The notes under the pieces: model-generated | Seen by the model: the letters and a program-made list of their open reading frames with translations, nothing else | The model's database searches: none | What the model was told of the DNA's origin: nothing | Part shown: in pieces, positions 41,703 through 51,021 of the stretch | How positions within the stretch are numbered: the first letter of the stretch is position 1 | Layout of the letters: each line of letters begins with the position of its first letter | Translations under genes and position numbers: made by a program | Source: Candidatus Heimdallarchaeota archaeon | GTDB taxonomy: Archaea; Asgardarchaeota; Heimdallarchaeia; Hodarchaeales; Hodarchaeaceae | DNA length: 64,000 bases | Assembly: GCA_020353515.1 (NCBI GenBank) | Contig: CP070695.1 | Span: 505,173 to 569,172, forward strand | Direction of reading: 5' to 3'

Positions 41703-42386
41703 TTAAATCGTTTCAAGAATAGAGTTTAATGTTGGAATATAATCATCTAGAGTATATTTATAACTCCTTGACAAAGAATAATCAACGAAATCATCTGGAT
41801 GAATATCAGGCACTAAGTCTAAGATGTTATCAGAGATTTTTATGTTTTCAGAGAGTTCTTTTAGCTGAAGAATCCAACTAGCTTTCAAATTTGATTTAGG
41901 TGTTAATATCCCAATTCGAGGATAATCAACTGGAACAAGGAAGGGAGTTTCTTTAGTACTAGACTTCCTTCTTTTTTTTGTTAACGAAGTGATCCGTTTT
42001 TCTTGGAAGATTCGATTTAATCTCTTGATCGAATATATCAGATGGACTCTATTATAACCCTCGAACGTAAGAAGGTTCATTCCATGTAAATAAGAGTACT
42101 TATCATCGTACTTCGGACCATGGGGCGAATAAAAGTGTTGAGCGACTCCAAATCGTTGTAGATAGCTTAAAGTAATAATATGAATACTTACATCGAATCC
42201 ACCGATTTGTGAAGTTTTCAGCAGATCAGTGGACCAGCCAAATGCTTCTTTTACTCTACTTTCAATGTATTGATTGAAATAATACCCATAAAAAGTAGAG
42301 TATGGAGGTAACGGTTCCCCTTCCCCTTCTATTCTCCTTTCTCGGTCATCAACAGCATCAATGAAGACGCATTTTAGTTTTTTCAT
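41703..42386 (-). CDS. Hypothetical protein
   Basis: 227-aa ORF with GAGG RBS; no family recognised. Confidence 0.6.
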   Translation of the reverse strand: MKKLKCVFIDAVDDRERRIEGEGEPLPPYSTFYGYYFNQYIESRVKEAFGWSTDLLKTSQIGGFDVSIHIITLSYLQRFGVAQHFYSPHGPKYDDKYSYLHGMNLLTFEGYNRVHLIYSIKRLNRIFQEKRITSLTKKRRKSSTKETPFLVPVDYPRIGILTPKSNLKASWILQLKELSENIKISDNILDLVPDIHPDDFVDYSLSRSYKYTLDDYIPTLNSILETI

Positions 42387-42674
42387 GAAGACCCTCTAAT
42401 GGAATGGAAAAACAACCGATAGTACCTATAATTATCATTCTACAGGAATGAATTCTTAAAATTCCTTCTATTTCCTCAGGTAAAGTGTACAAATTAGTAG
42501 TGATTTTTAAAAAATGTTAAATGTTATTTATACAGATAAACTACAAACTTCATCAGAAGAACCTAGCCAAGAAAAAAAATCTGAATTGTCATTTATCATT
42601 CTTCTTCCAACTCTGATAATGACAAGTTTTTTAATCCGAAGAAGAAGGATTTTTCAATCATAAAGATCTCGTAA

Positions 42675-44057
42675 TTAACCTAAAAAAATCTTCGCTAGAT
42701 TATAATAGACCCTTTGGGAAAACTCTATTGTCTTTATGCTTATCCGTTCATCAGTTCCATGTGCAAGACTTGCTAGATGACTCATTGGAGTTTCTGGATC
42801 AAAGAGAGAGAAACCATATGCTCCCACTCCTCGTTCACGGAAGAACCTACAATCAGAAACTCCAGGCATGATGAAAGGAACTAACACACTATCTGGTTGT
42901 TCTTGTTGGACAGCTTTTTCCATTGCAGTAACAAATTCTGAAGAAGCAAGACTTGCATTACCATAAGAAGTAAACCCTCCTGCTTCAACTGATAAGGATT
43001 CAATTTTCGCTTCTTCAGATAAATCTCCTAATGCCTTTTTCAGATGTATACCAACATATTTATCATCTTGACCTGGTAATGTTCGAATATCTACATCAAT
43101 ATAGCTAGTTGCAGGAATTACGTTAACTTTAGTTCCTCCTTGTACAATATTTGGAGATAAAGTCATTCTAGTAAGACTATGAACTACTCTAGCCATTTGT
43201 GGATCTCTTTTCTTCAAGTTTCTTAGAGTAAACGGTAGTAATCTCTTATTTGTGAGCATCAAGCGTTGAATAAAACCTAAATCTAGACCCTTGGCTAAAT
43301 AATTCAGGTATTCAGTTGTTAAAGGAATTTTAGAATCACAATATTCCCGAATCATTATCATTGCTCGAGCAGCTTTGTGTGCAGCATTGTCTGAATCAAA
43401 TGGCATAGATCCATGGCCAGGTGTTCCCTTAAACGATATTCGTTTCCATGCACCTCCTTTTTCACCGATCATAAAGGCCAATTTACCTGGTGCAATAGAA
43501 AGACCACCAGCTTCTGTAACGAGAAAATCGGTTTTTACTTGCTCAGGATGATTTTTTAACATCCATTCAGCACCGTATATCCCTCCTGCTTCTTCATCGC
43601 TTACAACTAGTAATGTCAAGTCTCCTTTAGGTTGGAAATTCTCTTTTTGGAGTTTTATAAAGGCTTGAACCTGAGTTACAACAATATAGAGCATATCTAA
43701 AGCCCCGCGTCCCCAGACATACCCATCTTTTACAGTTCCGGAAAAAGGATCTACTTCCCAATCATTTGGATTTTCTACAGGAACCACATCTACATGAGCT
43801 GGGCCAAACATTAGTCTGGGCCCCTTTTCCTTTCCAGGAATTCGTGCAACTAGATTCCCCCTATTCGGAGCAGATTCAAAAATCTGACTCTCCACATCAT
43901 GTTCTAGCAAAAAACGATGAATAGTTTGAATTGATTTCATCTCATTACCTGGAGGGTTCACACACTTGTTTTGAATCAGCTCTGAAAGCAATACTATTGA
44001 TTCTTTTACGGAATTTTCCATTATAAACACCATTCTTAGAATTATTTGCAGTAACAA
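42675..44057 (-). CDS. M20/M25/M40 metallo-hydrolase (ArgE/DapE-like)
   Basis: HVDVVP, GRGALDM, DEEAGG, GHGSMP and HGTDER motifs; the true start is probably an internal Met. Confidence 0.92.
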   Translation of the reverse strand: MLLQIILRMVFIMENSVKESIVLLSELIQNKCVNPPGNEMKSIQTIHRFLLEHDVESQIFESAPNRGNLVARIPGKEKGPRLMFGPAHVDVVPVENPNDWEVDPFSGTVKDGYVWGRGALDMLYIVVTQVQAFIKLQKENFQPKGDLTLLVVSDEEAGGIYGAEWMLKNHPEQVKTDFLVTEAGGLSIAPGKLAFMIGEKGGAWKRISFKGTPGHGSMPFDSDNAAHKAARAMIMIREYCDSKIPLTTEYLNYLAKGLDLGFIQRLMLTNKRLLPFTLRNLKKRDPQMARVVHSLTRMTLSPNIVQGGTKVNVIPATSYIDVDIRTLPGQDDKYVGIHLKKALGDLSEEAKIESLSVEAGGFTSYGNASLASSEFVTAMEKAVQQEQPDSVLVPFIMPGVSDCRFFRERGVGAYGFSLFDPETPMSHLASLAHGTDERISIKTIEFSQRVYYNLAKIFLG

Positions 44058-44133
44058 TAATTTTTTTTATTTAACATTTATCTTTTTATTCTTAACCATT
44101 ATTTACGGGTAGTGATGAATTATTAGACATAAA

Positions 44134-44829
44134 TTGAGTATTAAAACCATCTCAATTCTTTTAATTGCTATTTTTTCTATTGTTATTCAACTAGATCATC
44201 CTTATACATTTTCAATACCATTAAATGATCCGCTTGGATATAAAGTTAACGTCGGAGATTTTCGAGAATTTAAATACACGAAATTCTATGATTCTCGATT
44301 ACCTGACCCATCAAAGGACCGACGTTATGCAAGAAATGTTGATGGCGAACTTCAAAACTTTACAATAGAAGAAGGGGTTAAGTTAAAAATAACAATTACA
44401 GATGTGGGGGAGAGTTATATTTCTGGAACCAGAACTATTGAGGATGCAGTGACCATTGAAGAAGACTGGATGGATTTATTTGTTAGGCCTATGACAGATA
44501 ATATATCATTGTTAGCTAAATCTTTTAATGAGAGTGGGAACTTCAAAATTCAGAATAATCACATTATTGAAGAAGTAGATGAACCCTATTCTCCAGAAAT
44601 ATACTATGATTTAAATCGTTCTAGAACCTCGATTTGGGAGAAAACAGGATGGGTTAGTTATTTTCTCATTCGTGTTTATGACGCAGAAACCGTTTATTAT
44701 GAACTGGAGGTCGTGGAGCAACCTTCTCATAGTGAAATTGTGAAATCTAATGAAATATCGGGGGTTTTTTTGCTTAGTATCATTCTAATTGTAGTTGTGT
44801 ATCTCCAATTTGCTTCCAAGAGGAAATGA
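44134..44829 (+). CDS. Hypothetical secreted protein with C-terminal membrane anchor
   Basis: N-terminal signal; C-terminal TM and SKRK. Confidence 0.7.
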   Translation: MSIKTISILLIAIFSIVIQLDHPYTFSIPLNDPLGYKVNVGDFREFKYTKFYDSRLPDPSKDRRYARNVDGELQNFTIEEGVKLKITITDVGESYISGTRTIEDAVTIEEDWMDLFVRPMTDNISLLAKSFNESGNFKIQNNHIIEEVDEPYSPEIYYDLNRSRTSIWEKTGWVSYFLIRVYDAETVYYELEVVEQPSHSEIVKSNEISGVFLLSIILIVVVYLQFASKRK

Positions 44830-44932
44830 GTCTTAATTTTTTTCCTATCTCTCATGTGATCAATAGTGCATTAGATATCTTAATTAAAAACTATGAAATT
44901 TTCAGTTTCTTAGCAATGTCTGGTGATAAATC

Positions 44933-46123
44933 TTGTCAAATGCTCTAAAGCACGTAAAATATCTTGCAGAGGAAATTGGTCCGCGTGGTTCAACGAGTAA
45001 TGAAGAAAAACTAGCTGCAGAATATGTAGAAAATAATCTTCGGTCTTTAGATAATGTAGATGTTTTCATCCAAACTTTTCGCGGCCTTTCAACATGGACA
45101 TGGACAGTCGTTATGTCAATGCTCTTTGTATTAATAGCAATAGTAATTTATCCGATTTTTCCTCTACTAGCCGCTCTCCTCGTAGTATGTGGTCTATTTT
45201 TCTATATAATGGAAGTTGATAATAGGCCAATCTTATCTAGACTGATGCCTAAAAGAGAAAGCAGAAATGTGATAAGCAGAATAAAAACGGAAAGTATAAG
45301 CTCAGAAAAGGTTGTATTAGTTGCTCATGTTGATACATCAAGAGCTGACTATTCTCACCACCCAAAGAGAGTTACTAGCTTTAGAAAGTTAGCTGTTATG
45401 AATTTGATGCTTGTAGTCTTGGTTAGTATCATCTATTCTCTAGGAGCACTGTTTGATTTTGTCAAAATTGAGATTTTTCCCAATAATGTTGAGTGGTTAT
45501 TCACCCTTCTTCTTGCTATTCCAATACTATTTAGCTGTATTCTAATAATACTGCGAGAATTCTTTTATGATATTTCTCCAGGTGCCAATGATAATGCCTC
45601 TGGAGTTGGTGTTGTCCTAGAATTAATGGATTATTATAGTAAGAATTCATTGAAGAATACAGAAATCTTAGCTGTATTTACAGGCTGTGAGGAAGCTTGG
45701 TGTTATGGAATGATTGAATTTCTCAACCAATATGGTAAGGATCTACAGGAAGCCTATTTCATCAACATTGATAATGTTGGAGCAGGCACTCCAGCATTCT
45801 TACAGATTGAGGGAATGTTTTTTTCTCATAAGGCCGACCCTATACTTCTTAAACTCGCTCGGAAATTACAAAAAAACCATTCAGAGTTACAAGTTGAAGA
45901 ACGCTCTTTTCGTGCTGGGTATCAAGATGGAACAGTAGCAATGGTTAAGGGGTATAAAGCAATAACCTTCTTGGCGCTTGACCAAAACAATTTTCCACCA
46001 AATTGGCATTGGGAAACAGATGTAGTGGAAAATATCGAAGAAAATGTGGTAAGAACGACAGAAGAATTTGTTAAATTGCTTATTACAGCAATTGATCAGA
46101 GAAGTAATACTACTACAATATGA
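44933..46123 (+). CDS. Membrane-embedded M28 family peptidase
   Basis: IGPRGS, AHVD, GANDNASG, GCEE, NIDNVG and WHWETD motifs, with internal TM hairpins. Confidence 0.9.
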   Translation: MSNALKHVKYLAEEIGPRGSTSNEEKLAAEYVENNLRSLDNVDVFIQTFRGLSTWTWTVVMSMLFVLIAIVIYPIFPLLAALLVVCGLFFYIMEVDNRPILSRLMPKRESRNVISRIKTESISSEKVVLVAHVDTSRADYSHHPKRVTSFRKLAVMNLMLVVLVSIIYSLGALFDFVKIEIFPNNVEWLFTLLLAIPILFSCILIILREFFYDISPGANDNASGVGVVLELMDYYSKNSLKNTEILAVFTGCEEAWCYGMIEFLNQYGKDLQEAYFINIDNVGAGTPAFLQIEGMFFSHKADPILLKLARKLQKNHSELQVEERSFRAGYQDGTVAMVKGYKAITFLALDQNNFPPNWHWETDVVENIEENVVRTTEEFVKLLITAIDQRSNTTTI

Positions 46124-46267
46124 AATCTGAAAAAGCTAATTTTGGCAGGAATCTATCAATAATCTTATTATCAGCTAATCTTCGTCTCCCGAATAGTAAA
46201 TGTTATAATATAGTTTTTCTGAATATCACTCGAGATACTACAATTTTAAACTCTCTAGGAAAAAAAG

Positions 46268-46435
46268 ATGAAAATACCCGTTGAATTATCTTACCAAGAA
46301 TTCCGAGAGCTTCCGACCCACGAAAAGAAAAGAGAATTATTGAAATATTTAACTGAGAAAACTCTACAAATTGAAGTAAATAGAATTATTGAAAATAAAA
46401 GAGCACCAAAGTTTAGTAGGGAGGTAAATAGTTAA
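46268..46435 (+). CDS. Small hypothetical protein (55 aa), absent from the ORF track
   Basis: AGGA upstream; MKIPVELSYQEFRELPTHEKKRELLKYLTEKTLQIEVNRIIENKRAPKFSREVNS*. Confidence 0.5.
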   Translation: MKIPVELSYQEFRELPTHEKKRELLKYLTEKTLQIEVNRIIENKRAPKFSREVNS

Positions 46436-46450
46436 GGTTTATGTTATTTA

Positions 46451-46879
46451 TTGATCGCAGAGGACATTTTCGAGTTCGAGGGTATACTAATATGCATATT
46501 TTGTGGAAATAAACTCACAGAAAACCGAAAATGGGTAACTCGTCCCAATAAATCGATTTTATGCTCTGAAATTTGTTTAAGGAAACACAAAGCAAAGAGA
46601 GTTTCTGAGCTAAATCATAGAACTGGTGTGACGCTCCAAAAAACAAGAGAAATAGATAAGGAATGGGGTAGTAGAGACCCTTTTCGTGGCGTTGCTCCTC
46701 CAGAAATAACATTCAATCATAGCGAAGACACAAATGATATATCTTTTGAATGGAAAATTGCTATTCCTGATATCCTCGACGTCTTTTATTGGCCTCTTCA
46801 GAAAAAGATGATGATTGAATTGCTTCTTAACTACTCGAAGCTGAATAATGAAAATAATAAGGGTAAGGAAGCGAGTTAG
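46451..46879 (+). CDS. Hypothetical protein with treble-clef (TRASH/FCS-like) Zn motif
   Basis: CIFCG...LCSEIC. Confidence 0.55.
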   Translation: MIAEDIFEFEGILICIFCGNKLTENRKWVTRPNKSILCSEICLRKHKAKRVSELNHRTGVTLQKTREIDKEWGSRDPFRGVAPPEITFNHSEDTNDISFEWKIAIPDILDVFYWPLQKKMMIELLLNYSKLNNENNKGKEAS

Positions 46880-46918
46880 AGAATATAAATTCTCTAACGA
46901 TTTTATTAAAGGAAAGAT

Positions 46919-49900
46919 TTAATAATATTTCCCTCTCACTCTATTAACCCATTTACTTGTTTCAAGGACGACGAGAGGTATCAGAGCAGCCACAATGCAC
47001 AAAAACCAATCGCCAATGTCAAGTGCAACAATATCAACATATAAACCAAACCCCTTGATTAAATTCTGGGAGAGATCAGGGAGATACATTAAGAAAAGAT
47101 GGATAAGTAGAATTGAAAAAGCAAGAACATAGGTATACCAGTAAGAATCCTCTTTAACAGCTTTCAAGAGAGATTTATCAATACGTCTAATAGATAGAAT
47201 AATCAATGGGATGGCTATATATAAGATTGTATGCATGTAAGTCCGTGCTTTGGCATGATTCCAGCTTTGGGGTCTTAAATTAGGGGAAGCCACTTCATCC
47301 TGAAAAATAGGGATATAAAATTCTTGGTTGATGTTATTTAAAGGAATGAAACTGAAGTAAGTTCCGAAATAGACTACATAGATGACTGTTGCTAATGTAA
47401 TCGATGTCAATAATAATGTAAGAGCTAATCTTCTATTGAATATCCCCGCTGTATCTATTGGATCACGATCCATGATATCTTTGGGGATTCCGTCAATAAT
47501 TAAAGCCAGTGGAGGGAATGTATGTGCAATACCAAATATGTAGGCACGCTGAAGATGATCCATTAATTCAAAACCTGGAATAAACCCAGAGATAAACGAG
47601 GCACCAATGTAGCACCCTGCTTCAGCTAAATTTGCACATATATAAAAGAATATAATAACTCGAATCCTTTGAAAAAGAGCACGGCCTTCTCTGATTCCTG
47701 TCACAATAGAATTAAAGGAATCATCCGCAATGACGAGATCAGCAGCTTGTTTACTCACCTCAGTTCCAGCAATTCCCATTGCTATGCCTGCATCAGCCAT
47801 ACTTAGTGCAAGAGCATCATTGACTCCATCACCTGTCATCGCAACAACACGGTTTTGTTGCTGATACCGTGCAACAATAATTTGTTTATCCTGAGGCGCA
47901 ACACGGGCAAAAACTCTCGTATTAACAAAGTCTTGGTCAGCGAGCTCAGAAGCCATCTTTCCTTCATGTGTTTGATGTTGCTTCTGATAAACCATCCCAA
48001 TGCTATTTGCGATAGAAGATGCTGTAACAGGACTATCACCAGTAATCATAATAGGTACGATTCCTGCTTGAATTGTCTCATTTACAGATTCATCAACAAG
48101 GTCTCTTGGAGGATCCAAGACTGTAACAAATCCAAGATAAGATAGGTTGGTTTCAACTTCCTCTCGTTCTTCCTCACCCTTCTGTGGGAGCTTATCGATA
48201 TTTTTATATGCAAGAGACAATATTCTGTAACCTTGGCCTGCAAATTGCTCCGTATATTCCATTATCTTCTTTTTATCAGCATTAGTTAGAGCTTTACTCT
48301 TTTCTTTGTAACCAATCGAGTTACATCTGGGTAAAAGAACTTCCGTGGCACCTTTGCAAAAAATAACTAACTCAGAGTCTTTTGTGTTGAATACTTTACT
48401 CATGCGTTTTAAAGAAGAATCAAATGGATATTCTCTCTCCAGTTCATAGATTTGTTTAACCTTCTCTTTTTCAATATTAGTCTTGTTAAAAACTGCTAGT
48501 AGGGCACTTTCGGTCGGACTGCCTGTTCCAGTATATACATTCTGCTTCGTTGCCTCAATATATTCTTCAATGATTTCACTATCGTTGTTCAACATCCCAG
48601 ATGTAATTAGTGTTCCTAGAGAGGAGTTAAGTACAACGGGTTCCGATTTAAGGGATTTTGCTTCTTTTTCACCTATCTTTTCCATATCCTTGTCTAATTT
48701 CACAATTTTACCTTCAGGAGAATACCCCAAACCAGTAACATAATAGTGTGTGTCTGTAGTGGCATCCCAAATTCTTTTCACAGTCATTTGACCTGCAGTA
48801 ATAGTACCAGTCTTGTCAGAACATAAAATAGAAATCCTGCCCAAGCTTTCAATTGAAGCCAAGTTTCTAATGATCACTCGGTGTTTAGCCATAGCAAGGA
48901 CACCAGTAATTAAGATAATCGTAGTTAACAGGGGAATATTGATCGGAACTACACTCATGGCCTTGATGATAATGTTGCTAACGTCAAAAATTATTACACC
49001 AATGAGTTCTGTGGGCTTTTTTAAACTGAGTATTCCTTCTTCTAATTGATCAAGAATCCTCGCTCCTTGATAGATAATCAACATACTAAAGACAATAAGC
49101 ATTCCAAATGCTAGATAATTGCCGATAACATTGACTTTTTGACGTATAGGAATGTCTCCTGTGTTCAATTCTTCTAATTCTAGACTAATTTTTCCAAATT
49201 CCGTATTTCCACCTGTATTCACAACCATTGCTAAACCAGATCCCATTGTAGCAAAGGTTCCGTTGAAAAGCATGTTCTTTCTGTCACCAATTGGAGTTTC
49301 AAGTGCAAAAGGTGCTTCCCCTGTTTCCACTTTCGTAGTAGGGACGCTTTCTCCAGTTAATGATGATTCGTTAACCTGGAGAGAGCTTGATTTAATCACT
49401 CTAGCATCAGCAGGAATTTTATCTCCTTGAGCGATTTTTATGATATCACCTGGAACAACTTCCTCAGTAGGAATTTCCACCTCATTACTATCACGGATGA
49501 CACGAGCCTCTGGAGCTGCAAGTTTGTGAAGAGCCTCTATCTTTTTTTGCGCACGTGCTTGTTGAATGATCGCAATAAGGAAATTTACACCAACAATGAC
49601 TACCCATTGTGCCGCTGTAAACCAAATAGAGGTATCCGCAGGATCGATAAATAGATAAAAAAATGCTAAGAGAAAAATGAAAGATGTCATTATGAGATAA
49701 ATAACTATTAGTGTGTTTAACAACGGAGCTAAATATACCTGCCAGAAACTCTGTTTTGGTTTAGGAATTAAATTGACACCATATTTCGCCAATCTCCTTG
49801 ATGCATCGTCTTGTGATAATCCTTTTTCAAGATCCGAATCTAATTGCGAAACAAGTTCATTTAGCTCAAGTGAATGTCCACTAATAGCAGTGGGTTTCTG

Positions 49901-49921
49901 TTCTATGTCAATTATTGCCAT
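46919..49921 (-). CDS. P-type ATPase, P2-like scaffold with atypical membrane motifs
   Basis: TGES, CSDKTGT, KGA, DPPR, MITGD and TGDGVND motifs; about 10 TM segments; TM4 reads VVPINIP. Confidence 0.95.
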   Translation of the reverse strand: MAIIDIEQKPTAISGHSLELNELVSQLDSDLEKGLSQDDASRRLAKYGVNLIPKPKQSFWQVYLAPLLNTLIVIYLIMTSFIFLLAFFYLFIDPADTSIWFTAAQWVVIVGVNFLIAIIQQARAQKKIEALHKLAAPEARVIRDSNEVEIPTEEVVPGDIIKIAQGDKIPADARVIKSSSLQVNESSLTGESVPTTKVETGEAPFALETPIGDRKNMLFNGTFATMGSGLAMVVNTGGNTEFGKISLELEELNTGDIPIRQKVNVIGNYLAFGMLIVFSMLIIYQGARILDQLEEGILSLKKPTELIGVIIFDVSNIIIKAMSVVPINIPLLTTIILITGVLAMAKHRVIIRNLASIESLGRISILCSDKTGTITAGQMTVKRIWDATTDTHYYVTGLGYSPEGKIVKLDKDMEKIGEKEAKSLKSEPVVLNSSLGTLITSGMLNNDSEIIEEYIEATKQNVYTGTGSPTESALLAVFNKTNIEKEKVKQIYELEREYPFDSSLKRMSKVFNTKDSELVIFCKGATEVLLPRCNSIGYKEKSKALTNADKKKIMEYTEQFAGQGYRILSLAYKNIDKLPQKGEEEREEVETNLSYLGFVTVLDPPRDLVDESVNETIQAGIVPIMITGDSPVTASSIANSIGMVYQKQHQTHEGKMASELADQDFVNTRVFARVAPQDKQIIVARYQQQNRVVAMTGDGVNDALALSMADAGIAMGIAGTEVSKQAADLVIADDSFNSIVTGIREGRALFQRIRVIIFFYICANLAEAGCYIGASFISGFIPGFELMDHLQRAYIFGIAHTFPPLALIIDGIPKDIMDRDPIDTAGIFNRRLALTLLLTSITLATVIYVVYFGTYFSFIPLNNINQEFYIPIFQDEVASPNLRPQSWNHAKARTYMHTILYIAIPLIILSIRRIDKSLLKAVKEDSYWYTYVLAFSILLIHLFLMYLPDLSQNLIKGFGLYVDIVALDIGDWFLCIVAALIPLVVLETSKWVNRVRGKYY

Positions 49922-50294
49922 AAAGATCCTTCCTGCATGGTAAAATCCTTTTATAATATGGATATTGAATACTCTTATTTAATGATATTCACTTTTTCAA
50001 AAAACTCTGCTTACATATTCAGGTAGTTTCCAATAGTGGTAGTTCCCCCTGATTCTATTGTGTACAATATCTATGGAGAAGCGCTCTTCTTCAGTGTTTT
50101 AGGAACATACATTCCAGTAAGATCACTGAAAAACAAAGAACCAACTCTATTGTTAAGGAGTCTTTGAGTTATCTTTTTTTTATCTCAATTCATTTTTCTG
50201 AAAAGAAAAGTTCTTCTGTTAACCAGAATTCAACGCATAAAAATCAAAATATATGAACCTGAATTACTAGCCAGTACCAACGGATGAGATTTAA

Positions 50295-51005
50295 ATGGAT
50301 AACGACCATAAAAGTAATATTATTCTAAAAAACATACAAAAAACCTATTTGTTAGGAAAACAAAGTGTCCCAGCTCTGCGTGGGATAGATATCGAAATTA
50401 AAAGGGGGGAGTTTATTGGTGTCACAGGACCTTCGGGTTGCGGGAAAACTACACTTCTAAACTTAATTGGAGCAATTGACAAAGCAACTAGAGGGACAAT
50501 TATTGTCAATAATATTAATCTCACCACAGCATCTGATAATACTCTTGCAGATATTAGATTAAAACATATAGGTTTTATTTTTCAATTTTACAACCTTTTG
50601 AGCTATTTCACGGCACGAGAGAATGTTGAAATGCCTATGACATTTTTAGGGGTTCCTAAGAAAAAAAGAAGAACTAGAGCAAAAGAACTGCTATCTTCTT
50701 TAGGGATTGGAGATCGTGCTGATCATCTACCAAGTGAATTGAGTGGAGGCGAGCAACAGCGTGTCGCTATTGCACGTGCTTTAGCGAATAACCCTTCCAT
50801 CATTTTAGCAGATGAACCAACAGGAGATCTCGACTCTGTAACTGGAGAAGAGATTATGAATATACTTGTTGACTTAAATAAAGAACGAGGGGTAATAATT
50901 GTACTTGTAACACATGACCCCCCTACTGCGCAATATGCAGATCGTATTCTTTCAATGCATGATGGGAAAATCGTCAAGGACATTATTAGTCCACTAAAAA
51001 CCTAG
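50295..51005 (+). CDS. ABC transporter ATP-binding protein (MacB/LolD type)
   Basis: GPSGCGKT, GFIFQFYNL, LSGGEQQR, ADEPTGDLD and VTHD motifs. Confidence 0.95.
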   Translation: MDNDHKSNIILKNIQKTYLLGKQSVPALRGIDIEIKRGEFIGVTGPSGCGKTTLLNLIGAIDKATRGTIIVNNINLTTASDNTLADIRLKHIGFIFQFYNLLSYFTARENVEMPMTFLGVPKKKRRTRAKELLSSLGIGDRADHLPSELSGGEQQRVAIARALANNPSIILADEPTGDLDSVTGEEIMNILVDLNKERGVIIVLVTHDPPTAQYADRILSMHDGKIVKDIISPLKT

Positions 51006-51021
51006 GAATGGAGGTGATTAT

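Noticed and set aside
46919-49921. Calling the ATPase a bona fide P4 or P5 member
   Set aside because: It keeps TGES, DPPR and P2-type TM4-to-phosphorylation-site spacing, and lacks DGET and PPxLP; reported only as an atypical P2-scaffold pump.
49945-50290. Gene or ncRNA in the gap between the ATPase and ABC genes
   Set aside because: Only short broken frames and no convincing stems were found.
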